From a virus (taxonomy: Duplodnaviria > Heunggongvirae > Uroviricota > Caudoviricetes), in the IMG/VR virus record IMGVR_UViG_2576861104_000010: a stretch of 45,889 nucleotides of DNA, one strand, 5' to 3'. A program made the translations under genes and the position numbers. Position 1 is the first letter of the stretch; each line of letters begins with the position of its first letter. Under the pieces are notes generated by a model that was not told where the DNA came from, searched no databases, and saw only the letters and a program-made list of their open reading frames with translations. This document shows, piece by piece, positions 31,560-41,641 of this stretch.

Positions 31560-33450
31560 CAAAAACGTCATGAGCTACACCTCGAGTGTCCCCCTTACAA
31601 GACACAGAACGTCTGGCAAAAAGAGGTTCCACTCTGAAGCCACTGTCATGATAAAGCTCTCTGATGTTTGGCGCGCCACTGTTAGTAATGAGAACCACGG
31701 CAGCCTGGCGGCTGCAAATTGAAAACCGCCCCGGTTCGTCCTGTTGTTGCCGCACGCCCCGCAGAATATGTATGCTCTGAGGACCTGTTTTATTAAGGAC
31801 TCATCCCCTTATGTTGACCCGCAAAAGTATCGATACAGTTCTGCTCTCTGTTGGTGCTGAGAAGCTCTCACAACGAGAATGGGACTGGATGAAAATGCTC
31901 AAACCCATGGACCCACCACCTGCGATGGTGACGACCTCCATCCTGAAGCGCCGTGGCGATACAGCAGCCCTTACCCTGCTACAGGATACCGGGGTTTAAT
32001 CCATCCTCATGTTGTCCGGTTTTACTCCCCGCCCTCTGAAACGTCTGTTCACAGCCAACCAGTGCTGGACGTCCTTCCTGGATGCGGGCGGTCTGCGCGA
32101 TATCGAGGTTGAAGCCGTCACCAAAATGCTGGCCTGCGGCACACGGATACTGGGTGTAAAAGAGTTCGGGTGTGATAACCCGGACTGTCAGCACGTAAAG
32201 TACCTGACCAACTCATGCGGCAGCCGTGCCTGCCCGTCCTGCGGAAAGAAGGCCACAGACCTGTGGACAGCAACACAGCTGAATCGTCTTCCTGACTGCG
32301 ACTGGGTACATCTGGTCTTCACCCTGCCGGACACGCTGTGGCCGGTGTTCGAAAGCAACCGCTGGCTGCTGAATGACGTGTGCCGTCTGGCGGTGGAGAA
32401 TCTGCTGTATGCCGCCCGAAAACGGGGGCTGGAACCCGGTATCTTCTGCGCCATCCACACGTATGGCCGTCGTCTCAACTGGCATCCGCATGTACATGTG
32501 TCTGTAACCTGTGGAGGTCTGAATAAGCATGGTCAGTGGAAAAAGCTGAGCTTCCTGAAAGACGCGATGCGTTCACGGTGGATGTGGAATATGCGGCAGC
32601 TGCTTCTGAAAGCGTGGTCAGAGGGGATGGCAATGCCGGAGTCGTTGTCACATATCACGACGGAATCACAGTGGAGAAGCCTGGTGCTGAAATCCGGCGG
32701 AAAATACTGGCATGTGTACATGTCGAAGAAGACAGCCGGAGGGCGGAATACGGCACGCTACCTGGGTCGTTATCTGAAGAAGCCACCAATAGCGGCTTCC
32801 CGACTGGCTCATTACAACGGAGGGGCAAGCCTGAGCTTCCGTTACCTGGACCACAAAACGGGAGAAACGGCGACGGAAACGCTGACACAGCGTGAGCTGG
32901 TCGCGAGGCTGAAACAGCACATCCCGGAGAAGTTTTTTAAGATGGTGAGGTACTTCGGGTTCCTTGCCAACCGTGTGTGTGGAGAGAAGCTGCCGCAGGT
33001 GTACCGTGCACTGGGGATGGATAAACCGGAACCAGTGGCGAAAGTGTGCTATGCACAAATGGTGAAACAGTTCCTGAGTCGTGACCCGTTCGAATGCGTG
33101 CTGTGTGGCTGCCGGATGGTATACCGCCGGGCCATTGCGGGGCTGAATGTATCAGGGCTGAAGAAAAACGCGCGGGATATCAGTCTACTGAGGTATATGC
33201 CGGCCTGACACAGGCTAAGTGTGCCCGGGAATCGGTGAAAGTATAAAAAACAGCCTGTTACGGTATAAAAATCGACCATACAGAGAGGGAAACCACCGGA
33301 GTGGTGGGAAAAGCAGAAAGGCTCACGTGGCATAAGGCGTGGACAATGGTATCGACTGGTTTTTCAATTTCCTATACGTGAACATGGTCTTCTCATCGAA
33401 AGCATAGAATAATACAGCGTCCTTCCAACCGGCTTTGTTGGCCGGTTTTT
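31560..33450 (+). mobile_element. IS91-family insertion sequence (boundaries approximate)
   Basis: Contains one HUH-Y2 transposase gene and interrupts the phage sequence between a C1 operator and the oriR DnaA boxes; ends not determined. Confidence 0.5.
32009..33208 (+). CDS. tnpA: IS91-family rolling-circle transposase (HUH, two-tyrosine), 399 aa
   Basis: N-terminal zinc-binding Cys cluster (CDNPDCQH...SCGSRACPSCG), HUH motif HPHVHV, and YLGRY two-tyrosine motif. Confidence 0.8.
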   Translation: MLSGFTPRPLKRLFTANQCWTSFLDAGGLRDIEVEAVTKMLACGTRILGVKEFGCDNPDCQHVKYLTNSCGSRACPSCGKKATDLWTATQLNRLPDCDWVHLVFTLPDTLWPVFESNRWLLNDVCRLAVENLLYAARKRGLEPGIFCAIHTYGRRLNWHPHVHVSVTCGGLNKHGQWKKLSFLKDAMRSRWMWNMRQLLLKAWSEGMAMPESLSHITTESQWRSLVLKSGGKYWHVYMSKKTAGGRNTARYLGRYLKKPPIAASRLAHYNGGASLSFRYLDHKTGETATETLTQRELVARLKQHIPEKFFKMVRYFGFLANRVCGEKLPQVYRALGMDKPEPVAKVCYAQMVKQFLSRDPFECVLCGCRMVYRRAIAGLNVSGLKKNARDISLLRYMPA

Positions 33451-33453
33451 CAC

Positions 33454-33674
33454 TTATCCACATTATCCACTGGATAGATCCAATAATTAGGTCCATACAG
33501 ATCCCAATTAGATCCATATAGATCCCTGATCGTTGCAGGCCGCGCCACGTCTGGCCTAGAAGTGTATCGCGATGTGTGCTGGCGGGAAAACGATGTGTGC
33601 TGGCGGGATAAAAATGTGTGCTGACGGGTTGCTAATGTGTGCTGGCGGGATATAGGATGTGTGCTGACGGGAAA
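33454..33674 (+). promoter_or_regulatory. P1-type plasmid origin oriR: tandem DnaA boxes, GATC heptamers, five RepA iterons (incC)
   Basis: TTATCCACA and TTATCCACT at 33454-33471; AGATCCA-type GATC repeats at 33476-33532; five 19-bp iterons GATGTGTGCTGGCGGGAAA-like at 33571-33674, directly upstream of repA. Confidence 0.8.
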
Positions 33675-33730
33675 GCCTGGGTAGTTATCATCACTTATAA
33701 AAACTATCTACATAATTCGGAAAAAGTAAT

Positions 33731-34591
33731 ATGAATCAATCATTTATCTCCGATATTCTTTACGCAGACATTGAAAGTAAGGCAAAAGAACTAACAGTTA
33801 ATTCAAACAACACTGTGCAGCCTGTAGCGTTGATGCGCTTGGGGGTATTCGTGCCGAAGCCATCAAAGAGCAAAGGAGAAAGTAAAGAGATTGATGCCAC
33901 CAAAGCGTTTTCCCAGCTGGAGATAGCTAAAGCCGAGGGTTACGATGATATTAAAATCACCGGTCCTCGACTCGATATGGATACTGATTTCAAAACGTGG
34001 ATCGGTGTCATCTACGCGTTCAGCAAATACGGCTTGTCCTCAAACACCATCCAGTTATCGTTTCAGGAATTCGCTAAAGCCTGTGGTTTCCCCTCAAAAC
34101 GTCTGGATGCGAAACTGCGTTTAACCATTCATGAATCACTTGGACGCTTACGTAACAAGGGTATCGCTTTTAAGCGCGGAAAAGATGCTAAAGGCGGCTA
34201 TCAGACTGGTCTGCTAAAGGTCGGTCGTTTTGATGCTGACCTTGATCTGATAGAGCTGGAGGCTGATTCGAAGCTGTGGGAGCTGTTCCAGCTTGATTAT
34301 CGCGTTCTGTTGCAACACCACGCCTTGCGTGCCCTTCCGAAGAAAGAAGCTGCACAAGCCATTTACACTTTCATCGAAAGCCTTCCGCAGAATCCGTTGC
34401 CGCTATCTTTCGCCCGAATCCGTGAGCGCCTGGCTTTGCAGTCAGCTGTTGGCGAGCAAAACCGTATCATTAAGAAAGCGATAGAACAGCTTAAAACAAT
34501 CGGCTATCTCGACTGTTCAATTGAGAAGAAAGGCCGGGAAAGTTTTGTAATCGTCCATTCTCGCAATCCAAAGCTGAAACTCCCAGAATAA
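33731..34591 (+). CDS. repA: RepA plasmid replication initiator, 286 aa
   Basis: 286-aa ORF flanked by upstream and downstream iteron arrays, the P1 R-replicon layout. Confidence 0.9.
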   Translation: MNQSFISDILYADIESKAKELTVNSNNTVQPVALMRLGVFVPKPSKSKGESKEIDATKAFSQLEIAKAEGYDDIKITGPRLDMDTDFKTWIGVIYAFSKYGLSSNTIQLSFQEFAKACGFPSKRLDAKLRLTIHESLGRLRNKGIAFKRGKDAKGGYQTGLLKVGRFDADLDLIELEADSKLWELFQLDYRVLLQHHALRALPKKEAAQAIYTFIESLPQNPLPLSFARIRERLALQSAVGEQNRIIKKAIEQLKTIGYLDCSIEKKGRESFVIVHSRNPKLKLPE

Positions 34592-34592
34592 G

Positions 34593-34875
34593 TGTGTGCT
34601 GGAGGGAAGCTGCATTAAAAAAATGTGTGCTGCCGGGAAGGCTTGTCCAATTTCCTGTTTTTGATGTGCGCTGGAGGGGGACGCCCCGCAGTTTGCCCAG
34701 ACTTTCCCTCCAGCACACATCTGTCCATCCGTTTTTCCCTCCAGTGCACATGTAATTCTCTGCCTTTCCCTCCAGCACACATATTTGATACCAGCGATCC
34801 CTCCACAGCACATAATTCAATGCGACTTCCCTCTCTCGCACATTCTGGTCCTGCATCATCCCTCCAGCACACATC
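34593..34875 (+). repeat. incA copy-control iteron array (about nine 19-bp RepA sites in both orientations)
   Basis: Repeated GTGTGCTGGAGGGAA and its reverse complement TTCCCTCCAGCACACA directly downstream of repA. Confidence 0.8.
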
Positions 34876-34984
34876 TAATAGCCTCATCGCCATTTCTTTA
34901 CGTGCAATAATTGACGCACGAATCAAAAAAAGTTGCACGTAGCAGAATCAAACGTACAATTCACTCATACGAAATGATAAGGAG

Positions 34985-36196
34985 ATGATGATGAAACGCG
35001 ATTACGGCGGTGTCGGCACCATAGCTCTTCGTGCAAGCGCATTACTTAAGGCCATGAGCCAGGATATTGAAGATCAGCGCAAAGAGTTCAATCAGACCGA
35101 GTATTATCAGACGTTCACTCGTAACGCTGTGGCAAAGTTGCCGAAGCTGAGCCGCCGCATTGTGGAGCAGGCCATCAAAGAGATGGAAGATGATGGGTAC
35201 CAGTTCAACAAGAAACAGGTCGGTAACGTTGAACAGTACGCGCTGACCATCCAGAACGTCATTGATATCTATGCCCACCGTAAGATCCCAAAATATCGCG
35301 ACATTCACAAATCGCCTTACGTTATTTTTGTCGTAAACCTGAAGGGTGGCGTATCCAAAACGGTTTCCACAGTCACGTTGGCGCACGCTCTGCGTGTGCA
35401 TCAGGATTTACTGCGTCACGATCTGCGCATTCTGGTAATTGACCTTGACCCTCAGGCATCCAGCACAATGTTCCTCGACCATACTCACAGTATTGGTTCC
35501 ATCCTGGAAACCGCCGCGCAGGCGATGCTGAACGACCTGGACGCGGAGACGCTACGCAAAGAGGTGATTCGTCCGACCATCGTTCCTGGCGTAGACGTGA
35601 TTCCAGCCTCTATCGACGATGGCTTTGTTGCCAGCCAATGGAAAGAGCTGGTTGAAGAGCATCTTCCCGGACAAAATCAGTACGAAATCCTTCGACGCAA
35701 TATCATTGATCGTGTTGCGGATGATTATGACTTTATCTTTATTGATACCGGTCCACACCTGGATCCGTTCCTGCTCAACGGTCTGGCGGCCAGCGATTTG
35801 CTGCTTACCCCTACCCCACCAGCCCAGGTTGACTTCCACTCAACACTGAAATATCTCACCCGTCTGCCAGAAATGCTGGAGCAACTGGAGGAGGAAGGCG
35901 TAGAACCGCGTTTAAGCGCCAGCATTGGTTTTATGTCGAAGATGACCGGCAAGCGCGATCACGAGACATCACACAGCCTTGCGCGTGAGGTTTACGCCAG
36001 CAACATTCTGGACTCTTCTCTGCCTCGTCTGGATGGATTTGAGCGATGCGGCGAGTCTTTCGACACCGTAATCAGTGCCAACCCGCAATCGTATCCAGGC
36101 AGTGCAGAGGCGCTGAAGAAGGCACGAACCGAGGCCGAGCGTTTCACTAAGGCTGTGTTTGATCGAATTGAGTTTGTTAGGGGTGAGGCGGCATGA
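34985..36196 (+). CDS. parA: ParA partition ATPase, 403 aa
   Basis: Deviant Walker A KGGVSKT with an extended N-terminal HTH region typical of type Ia ParA; upstream of parB. Confidence 0.9.
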   Translation: MMMKRDYGGVGTIALRASALLKAMSQDIEDQRKEFNQTEYYQTFTRNAVAKLPKLSRRIVEQAIKEMEDDGYQFNKKQVGNVEQYALTIQNVIDIYAHRKIPKYRDIHKSPYVIFVVNLKGGVSKTVSTVTLAHALRVHQDLLRHDLRILVIDLDPQASSTMFLDHTHSIGSILETAAQAMLNDLDAETLRKEVIRPTIVPGVDVIPASIDDGFVASQWKELVEEHLPGQNQYEILRRNIIDRVADDYDFIFIDTGPHLDPFLLNGLAASDLLLTPTPPAQVDFHSTLKYLTRLPEMLEQLEEEGVEPRLSASIGFMSKMTGKRDHETSHSLAREVYASNILDSSLPRLDGFERCGESFDTVISANPQSYPGSAEALKKARTEAERFTKAVFDRIEFVRGEAA

Positions 36197-37158
36197 AAAA
36201 AATAGTTTCCCGTGGACGAGTGCTGGGCAAGAATAGCTCCGAGTTTGCTCGCATGCTTGAAGGCAGTGAAGGCACCAAAACCTTTACCCTAAAATCTGGC
36301 CGCCAGGCTAAATTCTTGCTTACCGTCGTGCTGAGTGGTGAGATTGAGTCGCGCACGTTCGTTGACCCGGCAGTTAACGGCCGCGATCAGTCTCTGCTCA
36401 CCCCTGAGTCGGTAAGCGATATTTCCCGCACCATTAAATTGCAACAGTTCTTCCCGGCTATCGGTCGTATGGTTGGGGAGCGCATTGAGGTATTGGACGG
36501 ATCGCGTCGCCGTGCTGCGTGTATCTTCAATGAAACGAAATTTGAGATTCTGGTGACGAAAGATGAGATCAGCCTGGCGGATGCCCGCCAGCTGGCCATT
36601 GATATCCAGACAGCCCGCGAACACACTCTGCGCGAGCTGGGTAAACGCTTCGAGGTTATGTACGGTAAGAATATGACCAAAGAAGAGATCGCCCGAGCTG
36701 AGAACATCTCAAAGGCTAAAGTGACGCGAGCTTTCCAGGCTGCCGCGGTGCCGGATGAGATGATTGCTGTCTTCCCCGTAGCCAGCGAGCTCGCCCTTCC
36801 AGATTACCAGTTACTGCTCCAGATCGCCGAGGATGCTAACGCTAAAAGCGTGCCGATTGAAGAGCTGGTTGATACGGTGCGCGAACGAATTGCAGAGACT
36901 GAGGGCGCGAAAGAGGATAAAGCGAAGATACTGGCTATCTTCAAAGCGGAAAGCAAAAGCCTGAAGCCCGCGCCGGTTAAATCTGTGGTGGTTGAGAAGC
37001 TGCGAGACTTCTCTGACCGTCGCCAATATGCCCGAAAGAAGTCCGATCCGAAAAAACGGGTTGTCGCCTACGAGTTCTCCAGACTCCCGTCTGAAGTGCA
37101 AACTGAAATTGACGAAGCAATAAAAAAAATCATTGGGAAAATGTCTGCTGGGGAATAA
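36193..37158 (+). CDS. parB: ParB partition protein, 321 aa
   Basis: Overlaps the parA stop; ParB-like composition; followed by a parS-like region. Confidence 0.85.
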   Translation: MKKIVSRGRVLGKNSSEFARMLEGSEGTKTFTLKSGRQAKFLLTVVLSGEIESRTFVDPAVNGRDQSLLTPESVSDISRTIKLQQFFPAIGRMVGERIEVLDGSRRRAACIFNETKFEILVTKDEISLADARQLAIDIQTAREHTLRELGKRFEVMYGKNMTKEEIARAENISKAKVTRAFQAAAVPDEMIAVFPVASELALPDYQLLLQIAEDANAKSVPIEELVDTVRERIAETEGAKEDKAKILAIFKAESKSLKPAPVKSVVVEKLRDFSDRRQYARKKSDPKKRVVAYEFSRLPSEVQTEIDEAIKKIIGKMSAGE

Positions 37159-37214
37159 TCCCGCTGGTGGGAGGCGGCTTTAGCCCCCTCCCCTGTCTAA
37201 AATGTCCCGCGTCT

Positions 37215-37300
37215 ATTTCATGTATAAATATATGATATATATAGATATTCATGAAAAATTTCAGACTGAAATTCCCACGGTTTCACGCCTGTTTTACTTG
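37215..37300 (+). promoter_or_regulatory. parS-like centromere region (approximate)
   Basis: AT-rich IHF-like core (TGTATAAATATATGATATATATAGATATTCATG) flanked by heptamer-like boxes ATTTCAG, GAAATTC, GTTTCAC; the boxes differ from canonical P1 ATTTCAC/TCGCCA. Confidence 0.45.
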
Positions 37301-37352
37301 CCCCCCTCCCCCGCACAAAAAATTTAAAAAATTACTTTTAGCGAGAAAGTCA

Positions 37353-37373
37353 ACAAGTGACTTTCAATAAAAT
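37353..37373 (+). promoter_or_regulatory. Candidate Lpa-dependent late promoter for the head/tail operon
   Basis: ACAAGTGACTTT-caa-TAAAAT with TGACT-N5-TANNNT spacing, about 50 nt before the probable TTG start of the capsid gene. Confidence 0.45.
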
Positions 37374-37403
37374 CTCTTCCGAAAAGGGATTCACACAAGT
37401 GCC

Positions 37404-39131
37404 TTGTGTTTAAGGAAGAGTAAATTGAGTAACTTACGCGAATACCAGAATCGTATTGCAGATATCGCAAAACGCTCTAAAGCTGTGCTTGGCTGGGCAA
37501 GCACTGCGCAGTTCGGTACTGATAACCAATTCATTAAAGATGATGCCGCGCGTGCCGCATCTATCCTTGAAGCTGCACGTAAAGACCCGGTTTTTGCGGG
37601 TATCTCTGATAATGCCACCGCTCAAATCGCTACAGCGTGGGCAAGTGCACTGGCTGACTACGCCGCAGCACATAAATCTATGCCGCGTCCGGAAATTCTG
37701 GCCTCCTGCCACCAGACGCTGGAAAACTGCCTGATTGAGTCCACCCGCAATAGCATGGATGCCACTAATAAAGCGATGCTGGAATCCGTCGCAGCAGAGA
37801 TGATGAGCGTTTCTGACGGTGTTATGCGTCTGCCTTTATTCCTCGCGATGATCCTGCCGGTTCAGTTGGGGGCAGCTACCGCTGATGCGTGTACCTTCAT
37901 TCCGGTTACGCGTGACCAGTCCGACATCTATGAAGTCTTTAACGTGGCAGGTTCCTCTTTTGGTTCTTATGCTGCTGGTGATGTTCTGGACATGCAATCC
38001 GTCGGTGTGTACAGCCAGTTACGTCGCCGCTATGTGCTGGTGGCAAGCTCCGATGGCACCAGCAAAACCGCAACCTTCAAGATGGAAGACTTCGAAGGCC
38101 AGAATGTACCAATCCGAAAAGGTCGTACTAACATCTACGTTAACCGTATTAAGTCTGTTGTTGATAACGGTTCCGGCAGCCTACTTCACTCGTTTACTAA
38201 TGCTGCTGGTGAGCAAATCACTGTTACCTGCTCTCTGAATTACAACATTGGTCAGATTGCCCTGTCGTTCTCCAAAGCGCCGGATAAAGGCACTGAGATC
38301 GCAATTGAGACGGAAATCAATATTGAAGCCGCTCCTGAGCTGATCCCGCTGATCAACCACGAAATGAAGAAATATACCCTGTTCCCAAGCCAGTTCGTTA
38401 TCGCGGCTGAGCACACGGTACAGGCGGCGTATGAAGCACAGCGTGAATTTGGTCTGGACCTGGGTTCCCTACAGTTCCGCACCCTGAAAGAATACCTGTC
38501 CCATGAACAGGATATGTTGCGTCTCCGCATCATGATCTGGCGTACTCTTGCGACCGACACCTTTGACATCGCTCTGCCGGTTAACCAGTCCTTTGATGTA
38601 TGGGCAACCATCATTCGTGGCAAATTCCAGACTGTATATCGCGACATTATTGAGCGCGTTAAATCTTCTGGTGCGATGGGGATGTTTGCTGGTGCTGATG
38701 CAGCATCTTTCTTCAAACAGTTGCCGAAGGATTTCTTCCAGCCAGCCGAAGACTATATCCAGACTCCGTATGTTCACTACATCGGTACCCTGTTCGGTAA
38801 CGTGAAAGTGTACGAAGTACCTGCTGGTATTTGTAAGAACTTAACGACAGAGAACATTCAGTTCAGCTCGATGGATGTGCTGTGCTACGTCCGTGATGAA
38901 AATCCGGGTAAAGCAGGCTTCGTGACTGGTGATGCTGTCCCGGCCATCCCGTTCCAGCATCCGACCACTCCGGCGCTGGTCAACCGTACCACGCTGTGGG
39001 GTTCGGCTATCAACGATATGCACCCACGCAACGGCGCTGATTACTTCACTCGTGTAACGCTGACAATGGCCAAAAAAGGCGGGCTTAACTTCATTAGCGG
39101 CGACACGATTGATGCCGGTGACTCTGAGTAA
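37404..39131 (+). CDS. Major head protein (P1 gene 23-like), about 570 aa
   Basis: Large ORF immediately after parS as in P1; the true start may be TTG at 37425 behind AAGGAAGAG. Confidence 0.6.
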   Translation: MCLRKSKLSNLREYQNRIADIAKRSKAVLGWASTAQFGTDNQFIKDDAARAASILEAARKDPVFAGISDNATAQIATAWASALADYAAAHKSMPRPEILASCHQTLENCLIESTRNSMDATNKAMLESVAAEMMSVSDGVMRLPLFLAMILPVQLGAATADACTFIPVTRDQSDIYEVFNVAGSSFGSYAAGDVLDMQSVGVYSQLRRRYVLVASSDGTSKTATFKMEDFEGQNVPIRKGRTNIYVNRIKSVVDNGSGSLLHSFTNAAGEQITVTCSLNYNIGQIALSFSKAPDKGTEIAIETEINIEAAPELIPLINHEMKKYTLFPSQFVIAAEHTVQAAYEAQREFGLDLGSLQFRTLKEYLSHEQDMLRLRIMIWRTLATDTFDIALPVNQSFDVWATIIRGKFQTVYRDIIERVKSSGAMGMFAGADAASFFKQLPKDFFQPAEDYIQTPYVHYIGTLFGNVKVYEVPAGICKNLTTENIQFSSMDVLCYVRDENPGKAGFVTGDAVPAIPFQHPTTPALVNRTTLWGSAINDMHPRNGADYFTRVTLTMAKKGGLNFISGDTIDAGDSE

Positions 39132-39191
39132 TCAGGGGAAGTTCTCCGTTTAACATAGCGCCCCCGTGCGGGGCGCATAACAGGGAAAGTT

Positions 39192-40781
39192 ATGTCTCAA
39201 TATTCAATTCAACAGTCATTAGGTAATGCATCCGGCGTCGCGGTTAGCCCGATCAATGCCGATGCGACGTTATCTACCGGTGTTGCATTAAATAGCAGCT
39301 TGTGGGCTGGTATTGGCGTATTTGCGCGTGGCAAGCCGTTTACTGTTCTTGCGGTTACTGAGTCCAATTACGAAGATGTTCTCGGCGAACCGCTGAAGCC
39401 GTCTTCCGGCTCACAGTTCGAACCAATTCGCCATGTGTACGAAGCTATTCAGCAAACGTCTGGTTATGTTGTCCGTGCTGTTCCGGATGATGCGAAGTTC
39501 CCGATTATTATGTTCGATGAATCAGGCGAACCGGCTTACAGTGCGTTGCCATACGGTTCTGAAATTGAACTTGATAGCGGCGAAGCCTTTGCTATCTACG
39601 TTGATGATGGTGATCCGTGTATTTCACCTACCCGTGAGTTAACCATCGAAACGGCAACAGCGGACAGCGCGGGTAATGAACGCTTCCTCTTAAAACTGAC
39701 CCAGACGACTTCGCTCGGTGTGGTAACGACCCTGGAGACACACACTGTGTCTTTGGCGGAAGAAGCGAAAGATGACATGGGCCGCTTGTGTTATCTGCCT
39801 ACGGCTCTGGAAGCCCGTTCTAAATATCTGCGTGCGGTTGTTAATGAAGAGCTGATTTCGACAGCGAAAGTAACAAATAAAAAATCGGTGGCATTCACTG
39901 GCGGTACCAATGGCGATCAGTCGAAAATCTCAACCGCTGCTTACCTGCGTGCGGTTAAAGTGCTGAATAATGCGCCGTACATGTACACCGCTGTTCTTGG
40001 CTTGGGCTGCTATGACAATGCGGCTATCACCGCATTAGGTAAAATCTGTGCAGATCGCCTGATTGATGGCTTCTTTGATGTCAAACCGACATTGACGTAC
40101 ACGGAAGCGATCTCTGCTGTTGAAGATACCGGTTTACTTGGTACCGATTATGTAAGCTGTGCTGTCTATCACTACCCGTTCTCCTGCAAAGACAAATGGA
40201 CCCAATCCCGTGTGGTCTTTGGTCTGTCTGGCGTGGCGTATGCGGCGAAAGCTCGTGGCGTCAAGAAAAACTCTGATGTCGGCGGTTGGCATTACTCACC
40301 GGCTGGTGAAGAACGTGCCGTCATTGCTCGTGCGTCAATTCAACCGCTGTATCCGGAAGATACCCCGGACGAAGAAGCAATGGTCAAGGGCCGTCTCAAT
40401 AAAGTATCTGTTGGCACCTCTGGCCAGATGATCATCGACGATGCTTTAACTTGCTGCACGCAGGATAACTATCTGCACTTCCAGCACGTCCCATCCCTGA
40501 TGAATGCAATCAGCCGTTTCTTTGTCCAGTTAGCCCGACAGATGAAGCATAGCCCGGACGGTATTACTGCGGCTGGCCTGACTAAAGGGATGACCAAACT
40601 TTTAGATCGCTTTGTCGCCTCCGGCGCTCTGGTGGCTCCTCGTGATCCTGATGCTGACGGTACAGAACCGTATGTGCTGAAAGTTACGCAGGCGGAATTC
40701 GATAAATGGGAAGTAGTCTGGGCCTGCTGCCCGACTGGCGTAGCCCGTCGTATCCAGGGCGTACCGCTGCTTATTAAGTAA
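39192..40781 (+). CDS. Contractile tail sheath protein (P1 gene 22-like), 529 aa
   Basis: About 57 kDa ORF following the capsid gene; size and order fit a myovirus sheath; family not verified. Confidence 0.55.
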   Translation: MSQYSIQQSLGNASGVAVSPINADATLSTGVALNSSLWAGIGVFARGKPFTVLAVTESNYEDVLGEPLKPSSGSQFEPIRHVYEAIQQTSGYVVRAVPDDAKFPIIMFDESGEPAYSALPYGSEIELDSGEAFAIYVDDGDPCISPTRELTIETATADSAGNERFLLKLTQTTSLGVVTTLETHTVSLAEEAKDDMGRLCYLPTALEARSKYLRAVVNEELISTAKVTNKKSVAFTGGTNGDQSKISTAAYLRAVKVLNNAPYMYTAVLGLGCYDNAAITALGKICADRLIDGFFDVKPTLTYTEAISAVEDTGLLGTDYVSCAVYHYPFSCKDKWTQSRVVFGLSGVAYAAKARGVKKNSDVGGWHYSPAGEERAVIARASIQPLYPEDTPDEEAMVKGRLNKVSVGTSGQMIIDDALTCCTQDNYLHFQHVPSLMNAISRFFVQLARQMKHSPDGITAAGLTKGMTKLLDRFVASGALVAPRDPDADGTEPYVLKVTQAEFDKWEVVWACCPTGVARRIQGVPLLIK

Positions 40782-40790
40782 GGGAATACA

Positions 40791-41606
40791 ATGAGCAAAA
40801 ACTTTTTTCAATCCGGGGCATTTTTGGGGAATGGACTGTCCCGTTTCGCTTTGAACTCTGATCCTGTGCAGCTGATGGAGTCTGCCCGAGCAAGCGCCGA
40901 ACCGCCAACAGATCCGGTTATTAATAATAATCCGGAACCGGCGGCACAGACTAACGATAACGTTCCATCTGATCCGGCTCCTGAGCAAATCCTGGAAGAG
41001 AAAGACGGTAAAGAATGGACCGTTGAACAGGCGCACCAGATGATTCTGGAAGCTGCAAATCGAAGTGCAATGCAGAATGCGTTGAGTGATGCGGCCGACG
41101 CCGTTTTCGCCTGGGCTGATAGCGGTGATCTGACTTTCGACTCCCTTGATGGTTTCGTTCAGGCTATCGCTGGTATCTCTGATGACGACGACTCCGAAGT
41201 TACAGAAGAACAGGACGATGCCTATAACGAAGCATGGGCAAATGTTGCTGACTTCCTCGCAGCATGCGGTGTAGATGATGACATGATCGAAGCACTGGCT
41301 GACGATGAAGACGACGACGCTGCTGCTGATGTTGGTGCCTCTATCGCTGGTTTAGATAGCGACGACCGCGACGAACTGGAAGCGGCGTTTGTTGTTGCTG
41401 GCACTTCTGATGAAATGCTGACTGAAGCATTTAAGAAGGTTGTTCGTAACGGTGAGATCAAACTCATCCGTAAACGCCTGCGGAAAAAACGTCTGACTGC
41501 GGCTCAAAAATCGGCGCTGAAAAAAGCGCGTCGAAAAGCCCAGACCGGCGCGGCAAAACTTGCCCGCAAAAAGTCAATGAAACTGCGCCGTAAGCGCCTT
41601 GGCTAA
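40791..41606 (+). CDS. Hypothetical virion-associated protein, acidic body with a strongly basic C-terminal tail, 271 aa
   Basis: Asp/Glu runs (DDDDSEV, DDEDDDAAAD) and C-terminal KLIRKRLRKKRLTAAQKSALKKARRKAQ. Confidence 0.4.
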   Translation: MSKNFFQSGAFLGNGLSRFALNSDPVQLMESARASAEPPTDPVINNNPEPAAQTNDNVPSDPAPEQILEEKDGKEWTVEQAHQMILEAANRSAMQNALSDAADAVFAWADSGDLTFDSLDGFVQAIAGISDDDDSEVTEEQDDAYNEAWANVADFLAACGVDDDMIEALADDEDDDAAADVGASIAGLDSDDRDELEAAFVVAGTSDEMLTEAFKKVVRNGEIKLIRKRLRKKRLTAAQKSALKKARRKAQTGAAKLARKKSMKLRRKRLG

Positions 41607-41641
41607 AGGAGGAGGCCGGAGAACTCCGGCCTTTAACTTGA

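Noticed and set aside
33541-34875. Arrays of short direct repeats that could be mistaken for a CRISPR array
   Set aside because: Repeats are 19-bp RepA iterons in two blocks flanking repA, in both orientations and with irregular spacing; no cas genes, and spacer lengths do not fit CRISPR.
34491-34942. Cluster of overlapping ORFs (34491..34874, 34517..34813, 34615..34938, 34625..34942)
   Set aside because: They lie across the incA iteron array and their Cys/Ala/Gly-rich translations are artefacts of the repeated sequence.
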